Source of the DNA: Auanema rhodensis
Taxonomy: Eukaryota; Animalia; Nematoda
Reading direction: 5' to 3'
NCBI GenBank assembly: GCA_964057225.1
Contig: OZ059898.1
Location: 13,020,001-13,084,000 of the forward strand
DNA: 64,000 bases
Positions 14,030-26,100 of this stretch are shown here, piece after piece (the first letter of the stretch is position 1; the number at the start of each line of letters is the position of its first letter). Below the pieces are notes generated by a model that searched no databases, was not told the origin of the DNA, and worked only from the letters and a program-made list of their open reading frames with translations. Made by a program: the position numbers and the translations under genes.

Positions 14030-17000
14030 ATGAAACCATGTGAAACTCCTAAACAATTTCAAACTTGCCTTGATTGGGCTCAGGAGGGAGAACGTTTATG
14101 CAAATCAAATAATATTAAAAATGGTATGCAGTTTTACTTGATTCTCCTCTCAACGCTTGCTTTGCTTAGGTATCGAACATTTGGAAAAGGCCCTTAAAGT
14201 TGGAACAGATGACATGCGGACCCTCTCTGCGATTTATAGTCAACTAGGAAATGCTTTTTTTAGTCTTCGGGATTATGAACGATCTGTTGATTACCATTGT
14301 TATGATATGTTGATCGCCAGGTATTTCTTTCACAATTTATACGTGCTTACAAATCTTTCTAGACTATTGAAAGATATTGCTGGAGAGGCTAAAGCATGTG
14401 GTAATATTGGAAATGCTTTTAAATTTCAAGTAAATAATAGTGAAATTAGCTTCTATTGAGGTTTACAATTTTTCAGGGCAGTTTCAATGATGCTATAACA
14501 TTCACTAAGCGACAGTTAGATTTGGCAAGAAGTTTAAATGATAAAGTTTGTTATTTAGATAATAAAAATATTGTCGTCTTCTTTACAGGCTTGTGAAGCT
14601 CGTGCATTATATAATCTTGCTTCTGCTTTTTTAATGAAAGGGAAAAAAACAGGCAGAATGTTGAAGGTAATCAGATACACAGCATTCTTTTTGTAAAAAA
14701 GTATCACCTTTAGGCTGCTGGAGGTGACATTTCTCTTGTTAGTCTGAATTCTGAGGCGTCTCAACCATTCCTTGAAGATTTGAGAGAAGCTTTAAATAAT
14801 TACAAGTACATATAAGTTGGTAAAAGTTAACGATATCATATTCTGTTCAGAGCAAGTCTTGATATTTCGGAAGAGTTGGGAGATCGTGTTAGCTGTGGAA
14901 GGACCTATGGGTGCTTAGGAAATACTCACTATCTTTTGAGAGAGTTTAGTAATGCTGTGGAATATCACAGAAAGGTTGTTTAACAATTATTGATTCTTAT
15001 TTATATTCTTTTTTTGTTTTAGCGACTTGAGGTAGCCAGAGAATTTGGTGATAAAGCTGCTCAAAGACGTGCTTATTCAAACTTGGGAAATGCTCACGTT
15101 TTCTTGTCCGAATTAGAGAGAGCAATTGAGTATTACAGGTACTTTCTCGAAATTTATTGATTTTATAACTATTCATTAAGATTGGCTCATTCTTTGGCAG
15201 TAGATTTGAAAGATAAATTTGCCGAAGCGCAATCATGCTTCAGTTTAGCAAATGCCGCTGCTCTTTTAAGTGACTACGAAACAGGCATGTTTTTTCCCTT
15301 CCGTGCTTTTAAATTTTTGCTCTTTTATTTTCAGCTGCAAAATATCATGCTGCTCATTTATCGTTGGCTAGGTTATTAAAGGACAGAGCAGGTGAAGCCC
15401 GGGCATACACCTCACTAGCCTCTGATTATAGGTGCCGTTTGAGATTTATAATTCCTTTTTCTTTTCACTGTTCTTATTTGATATATAATTTTTTTCAGAA
15501 ATTTTGGAGATCTACCTAAGTCAGCATATTTTCTTGTCAGACATCGTCAAATTGCCAAAGAGGTTAGTAGTTCTGTTAGATTCAAATACATTCCCTACAG
15601 TAGTGATTAGGCATTTCTCGTTTTTTTTTCTATTTATATAATCATGGGGTAGAAAAGGCAGAAAACCTTTCTTTTGCATAGAATGTAATTATACAAGGCT
15701 TGATCTATCACGCAATGTTGTGGGCGGGTATCAGGTTAGATTAGTTGGGTTCAATTTCTTTGATTCCCCTTGTTACTAATCTTACCACCTTCTCTCCTTC
15801 TGCCTTATTTTTATGCTTCATTCTCATTCTTTATAGATGAACGACAGCATTCTTCTCGAACAAGTCCAAGATTCTCTTAGAGAGCTGCTAGCTATTGATA
15901 AGAGCTCATTGTCCAAAGATGACAGAGAGGTATATCAGCACATGTGTGTTGCTTTTCATGTTTCGTTTTTCCTAGATGCTATTGGATGCATCTGCTGATC
16001 CAGATGATAATCCATCACAAATTCGTATTTCTCTTTCCCTTCATTCACTCCTCGATGAAGAAGATTGTGGCATAACTAGGCAACCCATTTATCATAGTGA
16101 CGGCGATTTGAGCACATCATCGTCGCAGACAAAGGTATTTTTTCCGATATTGTTATGATTATACGTCATTGCATTTAGTCTCGATCTGGTGAAGGGCAAG
16201 AAGATTTATTCGAGTTGCTTTCGAAGATTCAAAGCAGAAGAATGGATGAACAGAGATGTGATGCTTCTATTCTGAGTGATATGACAAATACCAAGCCTCC
16301 GCGTCACACAGATGTGCTTAATCTCTCGCCTACTGGTTAGTTTTCGTTTTCCCCGTGGCCTTTTTCGGAAGCTCGCCGCTAGCTGTTAATTCTATTTTTG
16401 CTTTCTTTACACTGCATGTTTGTTGTATTTTTGTTTTTTTTCTAGCCTCGAGAAGTTCAGACAGTTCACGACGCCATTCCCTTTTCGGTAGAGTGAAATC
16501 TTCAGTTTCCTTTTCCTCTACACCTTTCATGTCCCAATGCAAGAAAGTCGTGGCCAAGCCACGCAATTACCTGAGATCAACTTCGTTTGCTCGATTTGGC
16601 AGCTACCGAAGCAAAGGGTCGTCTACAACCTGTAGTTTGGCTGACATTGATAACTCCCCTTTTGATGATACCATGGAAGATTCTCAGTTTGCCGTGCCTA
16701 GATTACCCCCTAAGAAACCAGATAGTAGAAGGCATTCACTATGTGAAAGAGCTTTACCCATGATGGAAGAAAGTAGTAAGTTTCTTGTCTCTTTTTAATT
16801 TTAATAATTTCTTTCCCTCAATAACAAGTGAAATGTGTTGGTTGATGCTTGTGTGGTAAATAGCTATAGATTTGAGTTACATTACAGATACAGATTTAAT
16901 ATTATTAACAAATGATTATTTTAATTAATTATATTTAGACGGACCTGAAGCTTTAATAGACCTGCTAATGCAAGTACAAGGCAGCGGACGTAGAATGGAC

Positions 17001-17411
17001 GAACAGAGAGCTACTCTCTTACCTGGTTTGAGTCAAGGTGGACAAGAAATTTTAGACAAACTGCAGCAGTATGTTTTTACTCGAAAAGACTGATTAAGGT
17101 TTTTGAATATTTAGCGCACCTGAAAAGGAGAAAGCTAATATTGATGACCAACTTCTTGAATTATTAGTTCGGGCTCAAAGCCAAAGAATGAATGAACAGA
17201 GAAGTGAACTTGGAGGGAGACCGAAAAGAGACGACTCTAGCGGTATGTTCATGTTTGCACGGAATAGCCTACTTTTCATATGAATGTTTCAGCTGATGTA
17301 AAGCGACCGCCAACGATTCCAGACGGTGAAGACGAAATCTGCGCCTTGGTGCTTCGTATGCAAGCAAGCGGTAGACTTGACGAACAGCGTTCTGTGCTCC
17401 TGGAGCAGTAA
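14030..17411 (+). CDS. ags-3: AGS3/LGN/Pins-family G-protein regulator (N-terminal TPR repeats, four GoLoco motifs)
   Basis: TPR segments LSAIYSQLGNAFF, GEAKACGNIGNAFK, RRAYSNLGNAHVFL, EAQSCFSLANA. GoLoco motifs LFELLSKIQSRRMDEQR, LIDLLMQVQGSGRRMDEQR, LLELLVRAQSQRMNEQR, ICALVLRMQASGRLDEQR. Stop at 17409-17411. Confidence 0.93.
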
Positions 17412-20120
17412 TTTGCAGATTCATTTCTATACATGTTTATCATATTTTCGCAGATTAATCTCTTTTTCTCCATCTCCGCCTGACTTCTTAGTTCCATTTT
17501 TTCTTCAACTATTTACTTTTTTCTTACTAATCGCAAAACAGAATAACTAATATGTCTTGATCATGATTATAATTTATATAGTTTTTCGATATCATCACAG
17601 GCTTATAAAACCTATGTTACTATACCCTCTTAATCATTGCTAATATCCCGATCTAGCTATAAAATTTGTATATAGTGTGAACTATACTTCTTTGCTTAAA
17701 AATGTTCGTTAATCTATATATGGACACATAAAGTTTTATGAATGAAGAGGTCGGTTCACATGTTACATGACCATAACAAGCAAAGAGATGAGTAACCAAA
17801 AGATGGCCACGGGAGGGGGGGGGGAACCGGTTGGATTCCTATAATCTGCGCCTCAGGCCTTTATTTATCCAGGTACCTCGGACCCTGCTAGCGTTCTACA
17901 TCCAAGACAACGACAGCTTTTTTAAAAACCTTCATTCTAACGATTTTTTTCTTATTTTCATATTGATAAATAGTATTTTCTGGGAGTTGAGTTGATAATA
18001 TCTTTTTAGGAGATGAACGCAGTGATCCCTGCGAACATTTCACAAACTTTTTCGACTTACTTTCTCAAGTTCTCCTTTAACTCCCTTTATGTGAATTTCG
18101 TGGAAGTCAATAATCTTGATCAAACGGTTATCCTACTGCGAATTAAATGTTTCTGGTTTTACAATTACCAGATCTATATTGTAGAGAAAGCTTTTTGGGG
18201 TATGCATTCACAGAATCATGAGTTTTGAATGGAATGCTTTCTTATCTCGATGATTTCTCTTTCCGATTATGATGCAACAGATGCTTGTCAATTGGAAAAC
18301 GATCAGCTCCATTCTCCTAATTCGCATTTTCATATGATATACGTGGAAAATGACGTAAATCGTTGTGACTTACTGTTTCTCACTCTTTGTTGTAGCTGCG
18401 GAAATCGGTCGTGTCCCGAAATCCACTGTGCTAGCTATAGACCTTTACCATTTAACCTCCATATACGTATGACCACCCGTGTACATGAGCGGTTGCTTTC
18501 TATTCGGATTTTCCAGTATAACTATCACTCTCGCTTTATTTTTATTTCTTCCTCTTCTTCTTAAGAAACATCTTTGCAATTCTTTCTCTCTGCTACCTGC
18601 AACAACGGCTTCATTATAATGTTGAATTGAACTATTTCGCGGTTTCTCTTTCTTTGCAACAGGATCGGATCGATTACCTTAATCATCGTTCTTTTCACCT
18701 CCACAGTCTTCACCTCAATAGAATGACACCATTTTCGGCTTAATCAATTCGTTTGTATCTGTGGATAGTTGATTCCTTTTCCAGCTACGTCGCCTTTCTT
18801 CTGGATGCTCCGATATGTCTCTTCCAATTCATCCTTATCCTGTTTCTGTTTTCGATTTTTCTCAGTTTTTATGAAGTCAATACCTTATATACTTAGATAG
18901 AATCCAGCGATCGATCTATCATATATTATTCAATTTTGACATCTTTATCATTCAAATCCTAGAAAATATGAATTTCTTTCTTGTCTGGACCATTAACAAA
19001 CGACAACTTGCTCAGTGGCTTTGTTTCAACGAGAACAAAGCTTAATTCTTCAATGATAAGCTGCATGACGTCAGATTTCGTAACAGGCTATTCGAAAGCA
19101 TAAGCAAGAACTTCTAAATGATCGTTTATTCGATTAACAATAGCCTACTACTTTTCTTTTTCCAGCATTTTTTTCAGTTTTTATCTATGTGTACACTTCT
19201 AGATAAAGTACAAAAACATATCCAACGCCAAACATTACCATGGATATGAGATGACATCCGGATTCGGCCTGTGGATGGGTGATGCTGCTTTTGAACATTT
19301 ATCCACAAAATGCTGCCTACAACCGGCTTTCGAAGCAAAATACGGTGAAATGAGAGATTGAGAGAAAGTTGAAATTACAGAAGACTAGGTGATATCAGGA
19401 TACCGAGAGAGAAACAGACAAAATGGGAAAGAGAGAGTCAAGCTACCGCATTCCATTCGGCTAATACTAGCCTTCTTCCGATTGAATCACGTAATATCGT
19501 CGTTTGCCATTCATGATCACAAGCAGAGGTCGTCTGCATCGCAGAATCGTCTGAAATTCTATTGCCGTCAATTTCTCTTTTCTCCTTTTCGCGAAGCTTG
19601 AACATTCCAATTGAAGCTCAAGATGTTTCCTATTCGCAACGAAGTTACATATTTCGAACATGACGTCACTACTTCATTTTCTAAAAAAAACTATGAAGTA
19701 TCGACTGTGAAATTCTTCCGTACTCTACATCATTCTTGTCTATCCATTGTTTATAATCATCCTCTACGTTTCATTTTCTATGTTGCTTTCAAGCGGATCG
19801 CATTCGTGGAAGAACCTGCTTAGAAAAGCCGTTGAATCCTTCTCACTCTACCACCAACAATAGAAACAGCTGCGTTCACATCATGATTTTCTGTTTCATA
19901 GCTTCTTCCCAATTGTGTTTTCTTTATTAACCTAATGCGTTTATCACTAGCTTTTATCGAGTTAGTTCGATGAACATAATTTGAAAGCTTATGCTTAGCA
20001 TATCAAACTTGTTGCTTTTCAATCTGATTTCCCCTTGAACATCATTGCTTCCACCTTTCTCCCATTATTTGCTAGTCTTCTCCAGTGCCCCATCTCTAAT
20101 ATTACTTTATGCTTCAGATA

Positions 20121-22072
20121 ATGAATTGGACTATTCTTTTAACACTACCGTTACTTGCTTTTTGTCAGAAGGATGCTTTATCAAGCTCTTTATCTTCTCC
20201 AGAAAACGGAGAAAGCTTTAAGAGACGTGAGTTTTTTATATTCTATACATTTTATTGATCAAAATCTTTTTTAAGTCTATGGTTTGGCTACTCAAATTAT
20301 GGAGTTAAGTGGAAATATTATGGGTGGTGGATCTGGTAGTTCAGATTCAAATGCTGGAAATAGTTATAGATCTCTCTCTTCTGGTTATAATCGGAATTAT
20401 CAAGGTATTTTCAATATTTTCATATCGTTATTGCTACTATAATTTCAGGCGTTCGTAATTTTGAAACAGACAATTCAGTAACCAGCGGGGGATCAGGTGG
20501 TGGTTTGGATATGGCTAGATTGATCGAATATGGTTATTGTTTATTCTTTCCAATCATCTTGAATCATAAAACTTTATTTCCCCTTCCGAAGATAAACAAC
20601 TCGGATGAAAGATAGGGATATCTATAGAAAAAAGATTTTACTTTAACAACAAGTTTGATTCCCATCCTTACAGGTCGCGGATTTTTCATGCCTACCACAA
20701 CTACAACTACTACTACAACTACAACAACAACTACACCTAGACCAAGTCCTATTGAGTCTTTATTCAACACTTTCTTAGGTAAATTGTTCAAAAACATTGT
20801 AAAAACTCCACACCTAAGTCAAACCCTCGTATTTCTGCGGTTTCAAACACGATCTTGCCTGTCTTTTATTGTCGCATGGCGCTTTCATCCTTTTCTAAAG
20901 TTTTACTAATCGCTGAGACTAAATCTGTTTGCAACTTGCCACAACATAATCCACGCGTAATTGAAAGGCAATTAACGCAGGAGTATTATATGAGAGGATT
21001 TATAAGTTGAAAGCTATTTTAGGATCATCTGTGGATGCTTCGGCTGAACCCTATGCGCCCCAACCAACACAGCCTCCAAGAAGATCCAACATCTTCAATA
21101 GCTTCTTTGGTAAGTTGAATTTTACAAAGAAAAAGCGTGAACGATTGTCTCTTATAGGAACTGGCAATACAGATTATTCGGCCGGAACAGCAGCCAATAC
21201 TAGAACTGAATCGAAGAATGCCGGAGATAATATAATGGGACTCATTGGTGAAATTTCGAACTTTCTAACGATATAACTAAATCGAAGACTTATTTAACCG
21301 AATTTTATAGGGGGTTTCATGACAACTTCGCCTGTACCAACCACCACAAAAAACCCGGCTCAACAACTTCTAGGTTTCTTCGGTATTGTGACACAATAAA
21401 GTATGAAATCGTGCAAACTTTTTTCCAGGTATGGCCCCTGAGAAACGTGAATCTCCTACCAGAATGGGAAAGATTAACATTTGGGAATTAATGGGTAATT
21501 TTTAAAATTAATTACCCCAATTATAATAATCGAATTATGTTTTAATATTATATAGTATAATGAGAAAGTCTAAAAATCATATACAATATCTATGAAAGAT
21601 ATTGGGCTTTCTGGAACAAAAGAATGCAACCGCTGTCACTAGAGAGCGCAATTGAAATGAAAGATAAGCGTTCGCGCTAATTACGTTAATTAGCATATTA
21701 TTAGATAAACGTGTACGATTACGTAAGATACACGTGTCTGATCTGCTAATTAGTCAGCTTTCCTCTTGTCTCAATCAGAGTAATGTAATATTTTAAAATG
21801 TGTACAAGTATATTTAAGGCATGGCTCCACGATCAACAACAACAACCACAACTCAAGCACCATTGGAAGCCTTACTTAACCCAGCATCATACTCAGCGAA
21901 TGATGCCAGGAACATTGATAGTATGGAAACATTATAAATCAAATGTAAATGAAGTACTCTTTCCTTTTTAGATATTATAAGTGCCTTAGCTGGTGCTGGC
22001 GTTCCTCAAGCTAGAGCCGAGTCTTCCGGTCCAGCCAATTTCATTAGCCAATTTTTTGGCGGTAAGAAGTAA
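20121..22072 (+). CDS. Secreted Thr/Gly/Ser-rich protein with repeated amphipathic xxFFG-like modules; unknown function
   Basis: TTCAG acceptor just before ATG 20121; signal peptide MNWTILLTLPLLAFC; 10 GT-AG exons splice into one open frame ending ISQFFGGKK* at 22072. Confidence 0.8.
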
Positions 22073-23167
22073 AGCGCAAGATTGGATGGAAATTGATTCA
22101 AAATAACAGGATTATAACTCTGTTTCCTAGTAGACGTGTATTTCCTCGTTTATTTTAAAAAGATGGATCCGTAGAATACACTACATATCCTGAAATGGCC
22201 TCTTAGATAAGATACTCAGGTTTTTTTTATAATATTTCCCATCTAATTATTGTTATATTTATTTGACCGATGTTGTTGGATGTATATCATCTTTTCTATA
22301 TTTAAGATATTATATTTATTATTTTATAAATAATAGTATTACATACTCAAAATGTGAATGAAAATATAAATTATTTAATATAAAGGTTAAGTCTTAGTAC
22401 AACATAAAATGTTTCTTTTTTGAGTAAAGGCCATACAATATGCCATTCAACAGCATGTTGCAACAACTATCTTTTAATATGGTTCAAAAAAGAGATGAGC
22501 AAAGATGTTTAATGTCAACCCAGAACAGAATGTAAACTGAACGCCTAGCTATTTCTGCCATCTGACCTACTGCTCGGACTGGCCCATACACACATTTCCC
22601 TTTATAATTAGCAAAGTTGTATAGCGTACACTCGGTTCATATGAAATAAAAAATAATATTTTCGCTTTGCATTGCCTTCATTACTTCACTTTCTTGAGTT
22701 TTCATATTAATTTGGTTGATTAACCTGCTTGAACTGTGCATTTTTTGCTTTCGCTGTTTTTTCCGGGACCGCCTCTGACCCAATGCAAATTCAAGCTGGA
22801 CCATTGGCAAAGCTGTTGTTTTTCGTTTGCTTAAGGTTGTATTGGCTACCTTCATTTACACGTTTAAAGAAAATATAAATTGTAACTGATATAAATAAAT
22901 TGAAAATAAGTGTAATTTTCTAAAATCTAGGTAGTTTTATCGTTCAGTATTGAAATCTATATCGATATTTCTCCTCATAATAGAAGTTGAATTCTTCTCT
23001 CAATCGCCAATATTTTCTCATGAATATCGTCTCACCAAATATATAGCTTTGTTATAAATCCATAAATTGATTGAAATCGAGTTGTTGTATTGATTACACT
23101 AAATGAAGTTCAGGCTAGCAAGGCTGTAAATTCGTTCTGTAGATATGCATGCATTCTTTTCATAATA

Positions 23168-26100
23168 ATGGTAACTGGACACCAACAATCTAATTGATCA
23201 TATTCTTCATTATTATAGGTTGGGACTAACAGAACTAATTCCACAGTTTCTTCTACGGAGACTCCAGCCAAAAAGTATAGTTCATTTATTGATTTGTATT
23301 TAATGAGTTGTTGCAGAGGCAAAAGAAGGAGCTCTGAATCCTCAACAAGTTCTAGTAGGAGCAAGAAGATTAGGGTACTTCAAGCGTTTAAGTATACACA
23401 TACAATTCATTTATATTTTCTTTTTAGGATTCTGATAATAGCGATATAGAAGAAGACAAAGAATTTATAATGGATGAACTAGGTTTGTCCTTTTTCTTCC
23501 AGATAGTTTCATTGATTTTTTTCTCAGAATGCGTGGATGATACTATGAATAACGAACACGTTGTAGCCGCAGATCAGGATATGGGGCTATTAGAAAAAAC
23601 TGAAATAGACGAGCAACTAGGTACTTAATACTTGTGAAAACTATTTAATCTCAACTGATTCAGATGGAGCTCGAGTCTCTTCAGATGAAATTGATATTAA
23701 TGGTGTTATCCAAAATGGAAAAACCGATTCCAAAGACGATTCCAAAGCAGAATCCATAAGTAATGGATCTCAAAATGATCTCAGTGAAAAGATTCGTAGA
23801 GAAGAATCTACAGATAGTGATACTGCTGAACAAAATTTTTCGTTAGTTGACATTAAGATAGCAATTTGTATTTTTTCTTTTTGCAGTAAAAATGGCGATA
23901 AAGTAGAAGATGCAGAAAGTGCTAAAAGTGAAGTTGCTGAACAGAATGTTGAGAGTAGCAGTTCGAAAGAATCTAATTCTCAGCAGCATAAGGATAATAC
24001 TACAAAAGGTTTAGTAACTATTATAATATTTTAATCACTATTCTTATTATAGAGCATCATAAGTGCACTGCAAAAGAAACTGAAAATGTACGTCAAAGTG
24101 TTCGAAAAGCCATGGCTGATGCTTTATCCTCCAGGTACATCACGTTATTCTTGACATTTGTTTCAATATGCTCGATTATAGAATTAAACGAGATGTAGGA
24201 AGTACATTCCGTATAAAAGATTGTAAAGAAGCTGCTGAAGCTTTAGAAAATTCATTATATAAGGTTGGAAAATAATTTATAAAGTCATTAGAAGTAATAT
24301 TTACTTTTTAGTCGTCAGTTGATGTTTTTGCTCATCAATATAAGCATTGGTTTAAACAATTTCTTCTTCTTGTTAAAGATATTAAAAATAAGGTAAATAT
24401 TCTGATATTATTATAAAAATTAAATGAAAGTTCAGGTGTTTTTCAAAGATATATTATCTGGATCATTGGACTTCGATAAACTTGCTGCTGTACCTTATGA
24501 TTCTCTGAACATTAATTTTAAAAATGCCCGAAAGAATGAAGAACCTAAAGGTTTCATTATCTTTTGAAACCTAAATTAAATAAATTTGTTTTTTAGTTGT
24601 GGATGTTGAGAAATCTTCAAATGAATCAACTTCAAAAGATGAAAAAGAAATTATTGAAATTGTAGTAGAGAAAATTGAAGTAAAACAAGATGATATCGTA
24701 AAGGTAAGTAGTTTCTGTTAATTATCAATGAAAGTTTGAATATTTTAAGGTGAACTCAACACTTGATGCCCTATTAGATGATTCAAATGTTGATACTACT
24801 GCTCAACATCTTTCCCACTTTTTTGATAAAAATTGCAATATATGTATGGCGGAACAGAAGAAAGCAGGAGCTAAGAAACGTAGAGAAGAAAAGGAAATGG
24901 TTAGACTTCAGAAAGAAAAAGAAAGAAAACGAAAGCAGAAGGATGAGAACGTAATATTTATTATTTTGATTACCGGTTCATCCACTTTTAAATTTTTTTA
25001 AGATTATTTCTCCTTCTCGAAAGAAAAAAGAACGCAAATCTGAATCCGACAGACGTGAGAAAACCAAACCTATTGTCGAAAAGGTATTTCACTATATAAT
25101 TTGGTCTCATAATTAATTTAAATTGTAGGTACCCTCGCCAGCAGCTTGTTCTACTCATTACTCTGATGACGGTGATTATGCTTGTAATGATTCCCCTGGT
25201 GGCAATGATGCTTTCAGGTTTACATATCCAGTCACAATATAATTTTGAATGTTTTATTTAGATCCGAACCTAGCACTTCTGCAGCTGTGGACGATTCCAA
25301 TAGAAAATCAACTAGTGAGCATGAGAAGTTTGCCGATGTGCCTACTGCGTCCGATGATACTTGGGAAGGGTATGCTCTTTTCGCTTTAATCTTTATACTG
25401 TTCCTATTTTTTAGAGAGAAGATCATTTGGAGAGGAAATATAGCCATGCATGGGTTTTCTGTTACAACTTCCTTTTTGGGTACACAAGCTTTTTCTAATT
25501 TTTGATTTTGTTTTTCAATTTTTAGCTGTGGCTTGTCCTGCGGCCTTGGAGATGAGCAGAGCCGTTGAACTGCCTAGTACTTTGAAAATTAAAGTAAAAC
25601 ATTGATGGAATTTGCTGTTTTAAATGTTTTTCTTCTATTTTCAGGGACGTATTCAACCATTTATAGCTTTAGAATACTTGAGCTCTTTAAAAAATAGTGA
25701 TTCTAAAGAAGTCATTGTGATGTCTTTGCAAAAACCAGGTAAAGTTTTCAATTTTAAATTCTCAGAGTAAATATTAAATTTCAGACGATTATGCTGGATT
25801 AACTAAATATAGATTTTTATTTGATGATATGTTGGAAAAGAACCGTTTTTTCGTTTTTGATTTCACTTCCGATGACTTTGGATGCGTAAAAGATGGATAT
25901 TTGATGCCAATGCGACAGTCAGAAAATGCTTCAGGTTTTAAACATTCTTATTTGGCTCTCTGTTCATTTCTATTGCTTTCAGACATTTTTCTTCCTCCGG
26001 GTATTGTGGAACGACAAAGTGATATGATCATAAGTGTGATTGTAAGACAAAGGAAGGAAGATCTCAAGCGAGGTGATGGAATTCTGACGCTTGATGCGCC

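Noticed and set aside
17805-17925. G-run, B-box-like GGTTGGATTCC and T6 run suggesting a tRNA or SINE
   Set aside because: No cloverleaf or A box could be built, and the B box is imperfect.
18013-19823. ORFs and minus-strand exon-like pieces between ags-3 and the secreted gene
   Set aside because: Attempted splicing hits stops and no homology is recognised; no reason to invoke codon reassignment, since all real genes read in the standard code.
22637-22855. 72-aa basic minus-strand ORF
   Set aside because: No motif or splice support; lies in the likely promoter of the SPOC gene and is not the missing PHD.
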